NCBI GenBank assembly: GCA_045628725.1
Contig: JAZQPT010000015.1
Location: 319 to 64,318 of the forward strand
DNA from: Candidatus Saccharimonadales bacterium
Lineage (GTDB): Bacteria > Patescibacteriota > Saccharimonadia > Saccharimonadales > Saccharimonadaceae
Reading direction: 5' to 3'
Length of the DNA stretch: 64,000 nt
Part shown: positions 54,997 through 63,872 of the stretch, in pieces
Numbering within the stretch: the stretch's first letter is position 1
How the letters are laid out: each line of letters starts with the position of its first letter
Notes under the pieces: model-generated
Told to the model about the DNA's origin: nothing
What the model saw: only the letters and a program-made list of their open reading frames with translations
Databases searched by the model: none
Program-made: the position numbers and the translations under genes

Positions 54997-55027
54997 CAAA
55001 AAATCTCCCCTTTCGGAGAGATTTTTT
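54997..55027 (-). terminator. intrinsic terminator directly after rpsH, inside the spc operon
   Basis: Minus strand AAAAAA-TCTCTCC-GAAA-GGGGAGA-TTTTTT. Confidence 0.65.
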
Positions 55028-55044
55028 GAAAGTGTTACTAAGAT

Positions 55045-55446
55045 CTAGTAAACCTTAAGTAGTAGTTCACCACCGAGACGCTGCTTAACAGCTTCACGGC
55101 CTGTGATTACACCTTTACTTGTGCTTACAAGTACAAGTCCACGACCAGATTTGACCTTAGGAATTTCATCAGCTTTTACATACAAACGGCGACCTGGGGT
55201 GCTCATTCGTGTGATTTCGTTGATGGTACTGTTTTCGCCAGGTTTGTTGATAGTAATCACAAGAGTATCTCGTGGTTTACCAGCTTCAAGCTTGACGTCA
55301 GTCAGGTACTTGTTTGCTTTTAGTTGTTCTGCAACAACTTTTTTAAGCTTGCTTGATGGGACACGAACTTCGTGTTTGCCAACCATTGCCGCATTACGAA
55401 TGCGGGTGAGAAGGTCGGCGATTGGGTCAGTTGATTGTAGTGACAT
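55045..55446 (-). CDS. rpsH: 30S ribosomal protein S8
   Basis: DPIADLLTRIRNA. Confidence 0.95.
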   Translation of the reverse strand: MSLQSTDPIADLLTRIRNAAMVGKHEVRVPSSKLKKVVAEQLKANKYLTDVKLEAGKPRDTLVITINKPGENSTINEITRMSTPGRRLYVKADEIPKVKSGRGLVLVSTSKGVITGREAVKQRLGGELLLKVY

Positions 55447-55464
55447 AGTCTATTCCTTTCCTTC

Positions 55465-55734
55465 TTACCAGCTACTTTTCGTAACGCCTGGGATTTCTCC
55501 CTTAGATGCTTTTTCACGGAAGTTGATACGGCTTAGGCCGAATCGACGCATAAATCCACGTGGACGACCACTAAGGACATCACGGTTCTTCCATCGAGTT
55601 GGGCTACTGTTTGTTGGTAGCTTTTGCAAACCATCGTAGTCACCAAGCTCTTTTAGTTCAGCACGCTTTGCAGCATACTTCTGGATTAGCTTCTTTCGCT
55701 TCTCGTCTCGTGCGATCATAGATTTCTTAGCCAT
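55465..55734 (-). CDS. rpsN: 30S ribosomal protein S14 (long, Cys-free type)
   Basis: [20 protein letters not shown]...[27 protein letters not shown]. Confidence 0.95.
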   Translation of the reverse strand: MAKKSMIARDEKRKKLIQKYAAKRAELKELGDYDGLQKLPTNSSPTRWKNRDVLSGRPRGFMRRFGLSRINFREKASKGEIPGVTKSSW

Positions 55735-56321
55735 TAGCGTCGGCCTCCTTCTTTTTCAAACGGTAGTCCGAATTTCTCTAGGAGAGCACGGCTATGTGCA
55801 GGATCTTCGTTTTTGATAGCGAAGGTGATCTGCAGGCCATGAAGTACCTGTGTTTCTTCGAACGTTAGTTCTGGGAAGATAGATTGTTCAGTGATACCGA
55901 GGTTGTAATTACCACCCTTGTCGAATTTCACACCAACGCCGTGAAAGTCACGTACGCGTGGAAGTGAAATGCTAACAAGTCGATCGAGGAATTCGTACAT
56001 ACGAGCACCGCGAAGGGTAACAGTTACGCCAACCGGCGCGCCCATTGCTGCACGGATTTTGAATCCAGCGATTGATTTTTTTGCCAAACGTTCAACTGGT
56101 GCTTGACCAGTGATTTTTGTCAAAGTGTTCTTAACAGTTTCAAGATGACGCTTGTCGTCTTTACTTTTACCGGTTCCAACGCTGACCACAATTTTCTCTA
56201 GTTTTGGCACTTGGTGCACATTACCGAGGTTCAATTCGGCCTGAAGTTCCTTGACGTACTGAGTAGTGTACAAGGCTTTCAAGCGAGGAGCGGTAGAGGT
56301 TACAGCAGCTGCTTTTACCAT
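55734..56321 (-). CDS. rplE: 50S ribosomal protein L5
   Basis: [19 protein letters not shown]...[12 protein letters not shown]. Confidence 0.95.
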   Translation of the reverse strand: MVKAAAVTSTAPRLKALYTTQYVKELQAELNLGNVHQVPKLEKIVVSVGTGKSKDDKRHLETVKNTLTKITGQAPVERLAKKSIAGFKIRAAMGAPVGVTVTLRGARMYEFLDRLVSISLPRVRDFHGVGVKFDKGGNYNLGITEQSIFPELTFEETQVLHGLQITFAIKNEDPAHSRALLEKFGLPFEKEGGRR

Positions 56322-56641
56322 TACTTGATCTCCTTATTTTTTAGCTGACGCGCAACACGAACTTTGCCGTCTGCGTTTTTGCTATAGCCGATACGGCTAG
56401 TCGTTAAAGCTTTTTCATCAACAACAAGAGCAACCTTATGGATTGGCGTTGCGACATGAATGTCTTTATGACCACCAGTTGGGTTAAGTTGTGAAGGTTT
56501 TACTTTACGATGTTTTACACCAAGTCCTTCGATAAGAACTGCGTTCTTTTTCGGAAGTACCTTAGCGACCTTGCCAGTTTTACCCTTGTTGTCACCGCTA
56601 ATGATCTTTACTAGATCATCTTTTTGAATTCGCTGTGCCAT
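56321..56641 (-). CDS. rplX: 50S ribosomal protein L24
   Basis: MAQRIQKDDLVKIISGDNKGKTGKV (KOW). Start moved to ATG 56641. Confidence 0.95.
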   Translation of the reverse strand: MAQRIQKDDLVKIISGDNKGKTGKVAKVLPKKNAVLIEGLGVKHRKVKPSQLNPTGGHKDIHVATPIHKVALVVDEKALTTSRIGYSKNADGKVRVARQLKNKEIK

Positions 56642-56642
56642 A

Positions 56643-57011
56643 TTAGAGTACCTCCGGAGCAAGGCTAATGATCTTGCTATATCCCATGTCTCGGAGTTCA
56701 CGTGGAACTGGACCGAATACACGAGTTGCTTTAGGGTTTTTATCATCACCAATGATTACGGCAGCGTTATCGTCGAAACAGATAGTGCTACCATCTTTGC
56801 GTTGGATCTGATCACGAGTACGAACGATTACAGCTTTAACAACTGATTTTCGCTTAACGTTACCCGTTGGGTTTGCTTGCTTTACGGTAGCAACGATAAC
56901 GTCACCAACGCGTGCATAGCGACGCTTTGTACCGCCAAGCACACGGATACAAAGGATTTCCTTTGCACCGCTGTTGTCGGTCACCTTTAGACGAGTTTCT
57001 TGCTGTATCAT
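56643..57011 (-). CDS. rplN: 50S ribosomal protein L14
   Basis: [27 protein letters not shown]. Confidence 0.97.
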   Translation of the reverse strand: MIQQETRLKVTDNSGAKEILCIRVLGGTKRRYARVGDVIVATVKQANPTGNVKRKSVVKAVIVRTRDQIQRKDGSTICFDDNAAVIIGDDKNPKATRVFGPVPRELRDMGYSKIISLAPEVL

Positions 57012-57286
57012 TACGATTTCGCCTCTTCCTTTAGTTCAACTGAACCACGAGATTTTAGCTCGATGTTCGTAAGAGTGAAACTTTTCGTCTTTGATACAGG
57101 ACGGATCTCGCTGATTTGCACCTTGTCACCAATGTGCGCTTCATTGTTTTCGTCGTGAGCAGTATATTTACGAGTCACAGAGTACTGTTTCTTGTAAATA
57201 GGATGAGTCTCACGACTAGTAACAGTGACGGTAATTGTCTTGTCGCGAACATCCGATGTCACGATACCAGTCAAAGTCTTGGCCAT
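57011..57286 (-). CDS. rpsQ: 30S ribosomal protein S17
   Basis: [22 protein letters not shown]. Start moved to ATG 57286. Confidence 0.95.
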   Translation of the reverse strand: MAKTLTGIVTSDVRDKTITVTVTSRETHPIYKKQYSVTRKYTAHDENNEAHIGDKVQISEIRPVSKTKSFTLTNIELKSRGSVELKEEAKS

Positions 57287-57287
57287 A

Positions 57288-57524
57288 TTATTTACTCTCC
57301 TTTGCTGCAAGCTCAGCTGCTCGGATAGCAGTGTGCAAGCGAGCGATTTCTTTACGGGTTACTGTCAACACACGAGGGTTAACAAGTTCACCTGCAGCGT
57401 GTGAACGCTTGCTAGTAATCTGGTCTGCAGTCTTCGCTACAAGTTCCTCACGTAGTTGATCAATAGTCTTTACTTCATCAGCATTCTTAGGTGCAGTCTT
57501 CTTGGTTGTCTTTGTGTCAGCCAT
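57288..57524 (-). CDS. rpmC: 50S ribosomal protein L29
   Basis: Operon position between rplP and rpsQ, plus LREELVAK...ARLHTAIR. Confidence 0.9.
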   Translation of the reverse strand: MADTKTTKKTAPKNADEVKTIDQLREELVAKTADQITSKRSHAAGELVNPRVLTVTRKEIARLHTAIRAAELAAKESK

Positions 57525-57526
57525 GA

Positions 57527-57940
57527 TTATGCTTCCTCTCGCTTAATGAATTTAGTTTTAACTGGAAGTTTGTGCGCAGCTAGGCGCATTGCCTCGCGTG
57601 CTACTTCTTCGTCTACACCCTTCATTTCAAACAGTACGGTTCCGGCTTTCACCTTTGCGACGAAGAATTCAGGGTTACCTTTACCGCTACCCATCTTTAC
57701 ATCCTGTGGCTTACGCGTAACAGGAGTGTGTGGGAAGATACGGATCCAGATTTTACCACCACGTTTGATGTGACGGGTCATCGCCTGACGAGCTGACTCG
57801 ATCTGACGACTAGTGATGCGCTCGTTTGACTGTGACTGTAGGCCATAATCGCCAAAAGCGACATAGTTACCGCGAGTCGCATTGCCAGGGTTTTTACCCT
57901 TACGAACTTTTCGATATTTAGTTTTCTTAGGTAACAACAT
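57527..57940 (-). CDS. rplP: 50S ribosomal protein L16
   Basis: [15 protein letters not shown]...[30 protein letters not shown]. Confidence 0.97.
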   Translation of the reverse strand: MLLPKKTKYRKVRKGKNPGNATRGNYVAFGDYGLQSQSNERITSRQIESARQAMTRHIKRGGKIWIRIFPHTPVTRKPQDVKMGSGKGNPEFFVAKVKAGTVLFEMKGVDEEVAREAMRLAAHKLPVKTKFIKREEA

Positions 57941-58578
57941 TATCGACCTGCCCTTTCTCCCTTATGGATCCAGACTTTCACGCCGATGATACCAACGCCA
58001 GGAGCGTTAGCTCGCGCAGAGTGGAAATCGATGTCAGCACGGAGCGTATGCAACGGTACTGAACCTTCGATAACTTTTTCGCGGCGCGCCATCTCGGCAT
58101 TGTTCAAACGGCCAGCTACCTGAATACGGACACCTTTAGCGCCAGCACTCATAGTATTCTGAGCAGTCATCTTCATTGCACGGCGGAAATTGATACGGCG
58201 TTCAAGCTGACGAGCGATATTCTCGGCAACAAGTTTTGCATCAAGTTCTGGACGCTTTACTTCTTCGATATTGATACGAACAGGTAGGCTAGCAATCTTT
58301 TCGATGTTTGCCTTTAGTTCAGTAACGCCTGCACCACCACGACCGATTACAACACCAGCTTTCGCAGTGTGAATCGTTACAGTGATAAGGTTTGCTGAAC
58401 GTTCGATTTCAGTACGACTGATCGTTGGACGACTCTCAAATTTCTTCTCGATGAGATCACGAATCTGAATATCTTCGTGTAGCCACTTAGCAAAATCTCG
58501 TTTGCCAGCGAACCAACGTGAACTCCAGTTTTTGTGAACCTGCAGACGGAAGCTAATTGGGTTGACTTTTTGGCCCAT
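57940..58578 (-). CDS. rpsC: 30S ribosomal protein S3
   Basis: [12 protein letters not shown]. Start moved to ATG 58578. Confidence 0.95.
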   Translation of the reverse strand: MGQKVNPISFRLQVHKNWSSRWFAGKRDFAKWLHEDIQIRDLIEKKFESRPTISRTEIERSANLITVTIHTAKAGVVIGRGGAGVTELKANIEKIASLPVRINIEEVKRPELDAKLVAENIARQLERRINFRRAMKMTAQNTMSAGAKGVRIQVAGRLNNAEMARREKVIEGSVPLHTLRADIDFHSARANAPGVGIIGVKVWIHKGERAGR

Positions 58579-58579
58579 A

Positions 58580-58984
58580 TTACTTGCTCTCCTTCTCAGC
58601 CACTTCAACAGGTGTTGCTGCGACAGGTTTTTTCTTAGGTTTTTCAGCGCCAGTTACTTCAACCAAGATGTTGCTTGTCTTCTTTTGGAAAGGCAGAGCA
58701 CGGCCACGACTAGCAGGTTTGAATCGCTTCAAACGAGTACCAACAGTAACTGAGATAGTTGAAATAACAAGTGTTTTGCCGTCAAGCCCGTGAGTGTTTA
58801 CGGCGTTTGCCTTTGCACTTTCGATAGCTTTTTTGACAGGGAGTGAGGCACGCTTTGGAACGTGCTCTAGGATAACAAGTGCGTCTGCTACAGTACGGTT
58901 ACGTACGAGTGAAGCAACCAAACTTACCTTGCGGGGAGCTTGATCGACACCTTTAGCATATGCACGGACGGTTAGATCTGGCAT
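58580..58984 (-). CDS. rplV: 50S ribosomal protein L22
   Basis: RKVSLVASLVRNRTVADALVILEHVPKRA. Confidence 0.95.
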   Translation of the reverse strand: MPDLTVRAYAKGVDQAPRKVSLVASLVRNRTVADALVILEHVPKRASLPVKKAIESAKANAVNTHGLDGKTLVISTISVTVGTRLKRFKPASRGRALPFQKKTSNILVEVTGAEKPKKKPVAATPVEVAEKESK

Positions 58985-58986
58985 GA

Positions 58987-59253
58987 CTACTTCTTATCCT
59001 TTCCACCGTGCTTACGGAATTTACGTGTCGGGCTAAACTCACCGAGTTTATGGCCAACCATATTTTCCGAAATAAGCACAGGTACATGTACGCGACCGTT
59101 GTGAACAGCGATCGTTCGGCCTACCATCTCTGGGGTGATCGTGCTAGCACGTGCCCAAGTTTTGATGATAGTACGATCATCTGGCGTCAATGCCGCCACT
59201 TTTTTAGCGAGCTTGGCGTCGATGAATGGGCCTTTTTTGAGTGATCGACTCAT
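58987..59253 (-). CDS. rpsS: 30S ribosomal protein S19
   Basis: [15 protein letters not shown]...[13 protein letters not shown]. Confidence 0.97.
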   Translation of the reverse strand: MSRSLKKGPFIDAKLAKKVAALTPDDRTIIKTWARASTITPEMVGRTIAVHNGRVHVPVLISENMVGHKLGEFSPTRKFRKHGGKDKK

Positions 59254-59256
59254 ATA

Positions 59257-60096
59257 CTACCTCTTCCTCTTCGCATCATGGCGACTTTTAACAATCAATT
59301 TACTGACGTCTTTGCGTCGGCGAGTACGGTAACCAAGAGTCAACTGACCCCATGGAGTACGTGGCGTACGGCCAATACCGTGCGCTCCACCGTCACCACC
59401 ACCGTGTGGGTGATCAACCGCGTTCATGGCGATACCACGAACAGATGGACGGATACCCTTACGTCGGTTACGACCGGCAGAACCGATTTTAACGTTTTGG
59501 TGTTGAACGTTACCGACAACACCGAGTGCAGCTGTTGCTTCGATTCGGAAGCGACGTACTTCACCTGATGGCAGACGTACTTGAGCGTAATCGCCTTCTT
59601 TTGCCATCAACTGTGCTTTAGTACCAGCACTTCGTACCATTTGCGCACCATGTCCAGGTTGGATTTCGATCGCGTAGATCTGTGAACCAACAGGGATTTT
59701 AGAAAGTGGCATTCGGTTTGAAGACTCGATAGGTGCATCAGGACCGCTTTCGATCTTTTTACCCTTTGTCATTTGCGTATCCGCAAGAACGTAGTGGTAA
59801 AGACCGTGCTGATCTTTGATACGAGCAATACGAGCAGATCGGTTAGGATCGTATTCGATTTCTTCGATTGTCGCAACTGTACCAGGAGCAAGCTTGTGAT
59901 TCATCAGACGATGATGTCGTTTAACACCACCGCCACGGTGACGAACAGTAATTCGTCCTGTGTTGTTACGACCGGCATTTTGCTTCTTGCTCTTTAGTAG
60001 GCTTTTTAGCGGTTTCTTAGTCGTAATTTGACTATAGTCTTCGCTAGTCATGCCACGTCGAGCTGGAGTAGTTGGGTTGTATGCTTTAATTGGCAT
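59257..60096 (-). CDS. rplB: 50S ribosomal protein L2
   Basis: RHRGGGVKRHHR...MNAVDHPHGGG. Confidence 0.97.
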   Translation of the reverse strand: MPIKAYNPTTPARRGMTSEDYSQITTKKPLKSLLKSKKQNAGRNNTGRITVRHRGGGVKRHHRLMNHKLAPGTVATIEEIEYDPNRSARIARIKDQHGLYHYVLADTQMTKGKKIESGPDAPIESSNRMPLSKIPVGSQIYAIEIQPGHGAQMVRSAGTKAQLMAKEGDYAQVRLPSGEVRRFRIEATAALGVVGNVQHQNVKIGSAGRNRRKGIRPSVRGIAMNAVDHPHGGGDGGAHGIGRTPRTPWGQLTLGYRTRRRKDVSKLIVKSRHDAKRKR

Positions 60097-60413
60097 TACT
60101 TCTTCTCCTCTTCTGCAGCAGGTTGAGCAAATACCTGGATACTATCGCCAGCGGCGAGAGTAACGTAGGCTTTTTTGCTATCTTTACGCTTCGTTGAACC
60201 AGGATATTTGTTCTTTCCCCGAGAGAATCGAATTGCCTTACCGGCTTGAACGAGTGTTTTGATGCCTGTTACTTTTACTTCAAACTGTGACTCAACAGAA
60301 GCAATGATTTGTTTCTTGTTTGCTGTGAGTGGCACAGTAAAGACATATACGTTGTTTTGTGACTGAGCATAGGCTTTCTCAGTTGCACGTGGGATTACAC
60401 TAATAGGTGCCAT
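60096..60413 (-). CDS. rplW: 50S ribosomal protein L23
   Basis: Operon position between rplD and rplB, plus VIPRATEKAY...VFTVPLTANKKQI. Confidence 0.92.
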   Translation of the reverse strand: MAPISVIPRATEKAYAQSQNNVYVFTVPLTANKKQIIASVESQFEVKVTGIKTLVQAGKAIRFSRGKNKYPGSTKRKDSKKAYVTLAAGDSIQVFAQPAAEEEKK

Positions 60414-61042
60414 TACGCGTCCTCCTCGACTGATTTAACAAGCCAGTTTTTGATGGCAGGTACAGATTTGGTAGAAAGGACGATCGTATCAGCGTTAAGG
60501 ATGTGATACACGCTTAGGTATGTCGCACGGATCAACAATACATTCTGGATGTTGTTTGTTCCGCGGATTAGCTCTGGTGTTTTCTCATCAACAACGATCA
60601 ATACGCGACGAGTCATTTTGTTGTCATCAAGGAACTTCGCAACTTCTGACGTTTTGCCAGTTGTTTTGAGGTCTTTAACGACAATTTTGTTTGCCTCGGC
60701 AGCAAGTGTCAATGCCTGCTTTACAGCAACACGCTTACTTGTTGTCGTCATTCGCTTTGTGTAGTTTTCATTGCCGCGAGGACCGAAAACGATACCACCA
60801 CCGCGCCAGATTGGGTTACGTGATGAACCGAATCGTGCACGACCTGTGCCTTTTTGCTTCCATGGTTTTTTACCACCACCGCGAACTTCACCACGTTGTA
60901 GTGTTGTTGCGTTAGCGCCACGGCTATTTGCAAGGTAGCTATCGTAAGCAAGTTTCAACAGTTCGTGGTTCTTCACCTCGACGTTAAAGACTTCATTTGG
61001 TAATGCAGTCGTAGTAGCTGCTGGTTTAGTAGCGTCTGCCAT
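60413..61042 (-). CDS. rplD: 50S ribosomal protein L4
   Basis: RGEVRGGGKKPWKQKGTGRARFGSSRNPIWRGGG. Confidence 0.97.
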   Translation of the reverse strand: MADATKPAATTTALPNEVFNVEVKNHELLKLAYDSYLANSRGANATTLQRGEVRGGGKKPWKQKGTGRARFGSSRNPIWRGGGIVFGPRGNENYTKRMTTTSKRVAVKQALTLAAEANKIVVKDLKTTGKTSEVAKFLDDNKMTRRVLIVVDEKTPELIRGTNNIQNVLLIRATYLSVYHILNADTIVLSTKSVPAIKNWLVKSVEEDA

Positions 61043-61656
61043 TATGCCTTCCCTCCGATAACAATAAGACCCTTACGTGGACCAGGAACTGCGCCCTTGA
61101 GTCCAATCAAGTTATTTACTGCATCAACATAAGCAACCTCTAGGTTCTTTACAGTAACACGATCAGCGCCCATACGGCCGGCCATTCGTTTACCCTTAAA
61201 GACTTTTTGAGGATACATTGATCCAATAGAACCCGGTTTACGAACGTTACCGTTACCACCGTGAGTCTTCTTGCTTGTATTAAAGTTGTGTCGTTTTACG
61301 GTTCCGGCGAAGCCTTTACCTTTGCTTGTTCCCGTTGCGTTGACGATATCGCCAAGTGTAAACTGAGAAACATCGATCGTGCTACCCACCTGAAGACCTT
61401 CAGGTAGTTCTGCAACACGAAATTCCCGAATGTGCTTCGGTGTCACTTTGGCTGGACTGGTATGTCCAGCAACGGCCTTGCTCAGGTTCTTACCCTCACC
61501 ATATGCCACTTGTACTGCGGTGTAACCGTCGATGTCGACAGTTTTGACCTGAGTCACAGTCACAGGGCCAGCTTGGATTAACGTCACAGGTACTGCGCGT
61601 CCATCTTCACTAATGATTTGGGTCATACCAATTTTGGTACCGAGAAGTGCTTTCAT
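61042..61656 (-). CDS. rplC: 50S ribosomal protein L3
   Basis: MKALLGTKIGMTQI...GKGFAGTVKRHNF. Start moved to ATG 61656. Confidence 0.95.
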   Translation of the reverse strand: MKALLGTKIGMTQIISEDGRAVPVTLIQAGPVTVTQVKTVDIDGYTAVQVAYGEGKNLSKAVAGHTSPAKVTPKHIREFRVAELPEGLQVGSTIDVSQFTLGDIVNATGTSKGKGFAGTVKRHNFNTSKKTHGGNGNVRKPGSIGSMYPQKVFKGKRMAGRMGADRVTVKNLEVAYVDAVNNLIGLKGAVPGPRKGLIVIGGKA

Positions 61657-61766
61657 ATTGCCTTCATGCTCCCACTTAAAACTCTTGGTGGAGAGCGGTT
61701 TCCTATCTGTTAGGACCTGCCAATTCACCAAGAGCGAGTTGTTATTACGTAATAAGTTACCTCCTG

Positions 61767-61795
61767 AATATAGCACAGATACAGGGGTAAGTCAA
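61767..61795 (-). promoter_or_regulatory. rplC-operon promoter, TTGACT-17 nt-TATATT (TGC-extended -10)
   Basis: Read on the minus strand. Followed by an approximately 100-nt leader containing a 9-bp stem CTCTTGGTG/CACCAAGAG and the palindrome TTATTACGTAATAA. Confidence 0.5.
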
Positions 61796-62010
61796 CTATT
61801 TTTGACATATTTATCGCGATTCGTCACGGGTATTTGTTTTTTATATATATACAATTTTAGCTAGTCCACTCTCTGACTTACTTCGGTAGGTTTATTTTTA
61901 TATGAAAATATTATATAGTACCCTTATGTTCGTTCGGATTCATTCCGGCGATACACGCCCAACCGATCGAGGCCAGCCTCTCGGCTGGATGACAACGAGA
62001 GAAGGAAGCA

Positions 62011-62379
62011 ATGACGCAACCATTTCAGCAAGCCATCACGCTTACCGGAGACGAAAGCGTCGACCTCCTCAAAGAATCGATGGCAATCATCGACCAAGGT
62101 GGAGTCCCCTGCGTTCAGATCAACGCAGGTTCCGGAAGGTATGAGCTGCTCACCGCTGATTCCATCGTCGACGAAGTCCCCGACGACGCGACCAGGCTCA
62201 CCGCAGTGCTCCACCGCGCAGAACTGATGTTTTGTGGCCAAGTGATGTCGACGGTGACGATCGATGAAGAAATTCTGATTGATCGGTTCATCACCAGCGA
62301 GACAGAGGTGACGCCGGGTCAATACGCGACACACGTGTTCATCTGTGCACTCGACAACGACGAGATACTATCTCGGTAA
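62011..62379 (+). CDS. hypothetical protein (GC-rich; first gene of a 2-gene cassette)
   Basis: 122-aa ORF preceded by GAAGGAAGCA. Preferred over the antisense ORF 61924-62334 because of the SD and its operon partner. Confidence 0.55.
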   Translation: MTQPFQQAITLTGDESVDLLKESMAIIDQGGVPCVQINAGSGRYELLTADSIVDEVPDDATRLTAVLHRAELMFCGQVMSTVTIDEEILIDRFITSETEVTPGQYATHVFICALDNDEILSR

Positions 62380-62399
62380 CAGTAACGGGGGATGTGGCT

Positions 62400-62750
62400 A
62401 TGAGCAATATGATCAGCGATATGCGGCTAGATATGCTCGTTGAAGTTTTGTCCGCGCCAATTGTTGCTGTCATTTCTGGCAACAGAGATCGGCAGATCAT
62501 CGGTAAGTGGCGCGACAAAATGGGTGAATACAAAGATATTCACCCGTACGACGATGAAAGCCGACGGCTATTGTTCGCGCTGGATGTGCTGTACCGGATG
62601 CAAGCAATGAACAACGGCAATATGGAAGCAGCACGCCTGATGTTCGTTTCGACAGAAACGGCGTGTCACCAGGCACTGTCAATCGCAATTCGTACCGATG
62701 ATTTTGAGTCGGTTACGGAAGTGCTCGACTCTCTCGAAGGTACTACCTAG
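62400..62750 (+). CDS. MbcA/ParS/Xre-type antitoxin-like protein (DUF2384-like C-terminus) - tentative
   Basis: About 116 aa; GGGGGA lies 8 nt upstream of ATG 62400. Pattern by eye: ...GNRDRQIIGKWRDK (HTH-like), RLLFALDVLYRMQ, AARLMFVSTETACHQALSIAIRTDDFESVTEVLDSLEG. This resembles my recollection of the W/M-F..pN..L.g..P..l....g...V...L..l..G pattern in MbcA-type antitoxins. Not verified by search. Confidence 0.45.
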   Translation: MSNMISDMRLDMLVEVLSAPIVAVISGNRDRQIIGKWRDKMGEYKDIHPYDDESRRLLFALDVLYRMQAMNNGNMEAARLMFVSTETACHQALSIAIRTDDFESVTEVLDSLEGTT

Positions 62751-62770
62751 CGGTACGCCCGTCGCTCTTA

Positions 62771-62809
62771 GGTCTAGCGTCAGCACGTAATACATGCTGA
62801 CGCTAGACC
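62771..62809 (+). terminator. perfect 15-bp hairpin after the 2-gene cassette
   Basis: GGTCTAGCGTCAGCA-(9 nt)-TGCTGACGCTAGACC read directly. The T-rich tract (CTTTTGTTATTTT) starts about 12 nt downstream. Confidence 0.5.
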
Positions 62810-62851
62810 GGAGTGGTGGGCTTTTGTTATTTTCAGAGTATAATAGTGGTA

Positions 62852-63748
62852 ATGCTCACGATACGACTCAAACGGCGACGTTTTATACTTATCTCACTAT
62901 CTATTGCTGTACTGGTGTTTGCGACATCATTAGGTGCCGTGACACATTACGGCAACAAGGCTATCGCTAAAACAAACGATGAATCATCTGTAAAATTAGC
63001 CCAAATCGATAAACAAATCAAAGCGATCAAAATTAAAAAGGCAGCCGAAAAGAAAGCTCAGGAAGAAGCCCAGCGTATAGCCAAAGAAGAAGCCGATAAG
63101 AAGGCTGCCGCCGATGCAGCCCTTGCTGCTGTAGCCGCCAAACAAAAAAGTCAGGTTGTCACGCCGACAAACTGTGCGGCAACGGGCGCTCACAGTAATC
63201 CATCGTCAATCGACGTTGTCATCAACAAAAAGCGGTGTTTCGCGCCAGCAGATTTTGTACCGAGCGACCTATCGAGCTATCAAGGCTTTGTCGTTAGTGC
63301 AAAGATTATTCCCGACATGACTGCCCTATTCAACGCAGCCGCAGCCGTGGGTGCGCCCCTGAGTCTCACGAGCGCCTATCGCTCCTATAACAATCAGGTT
63401 GTCACCTACGACAATTGGGTGCGTGTTAATGGTAGTACAGCGGCAGCAGATACAGTAAGTGCTCGACCTGGCTATAGCGAACATCAAACAGGATTTGTTT
63501 TTGATTTGTCTGCAGGTTCTTGCAGTTTAGAGTGTTTTCGAGGCTCTGCACAATATGCATGGATGACAGCGAATGCGCACAATTTTGGATTTATTGAACG
63601 CTACCCTATCGGTCTAGAATCTGTCACAGGATATAGCCCCGAGGCCTGGCACTGGCGCTACGTTGGGGTTGCAACGGCGCAGTCTATGAAAGCGTCTGGC
63701 GTAAAGACGCTCGAGCAGCTATGGGGCATCCCCGGTGGCGGCTATTGA
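62852..63748 (+). CDS. D-alanyl-D-alanine carboxypeptidase family protein (peptidase M15B/VanY-like), membrane anchored
   Basis: SAYRSYNNQ, GYSEHQTGFVFDL and EAWHWRYVG motifs. Start set to ATG 62852, 7 nt downstream of TATAAT (62839-62844). Confidence 0.85.
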   Translation: MLTIRLKRRRFILISLSIAVLVFATSLGAVTHYGNKAIAKTNDESSVKLAQIDKQIKAIKIKKAAEKKAQEEAQRIAKEEADKKAAADAALAAVAAKQKSQVVTPTNCAATGAHSNPSSIDVVINKKRCFAPADFVPSDLSSYQGFVVSAKIIPDMTALFNAAAAVGAPLSLTSAYRSYNNQVVTYDNWVRVNGSTAAADTVSARPGYSEHQTGFVFDLSAGSCSLECFRGSAQYAWMTANAHNFGFIERYPIGLESVTGYSPEAWHWRYVGVATAQSMKASGVKTLEQLWGIPGGGY

Positions 63749-63872
63749 AATAACATTCATTTAGTTGTATAATATCTGCTGCCAGTGTTCGAACGTGCCT
63801 ACGACGAAGGAATGACTATGTCCGACAGCACAGACGGCAGCCGAAGGCGACGAATACGTCACTGGTGTCCAT

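Noticed and set aside
61924-62334. 136-aa minus-strand ORF in the ORF track
   Set aside because: It is antisense to the SD-preceded 62011-62379 ORF in GC-rich DNA, where long spurious antisense frames are expected. It has no SD and would run into the rplC promoter region.
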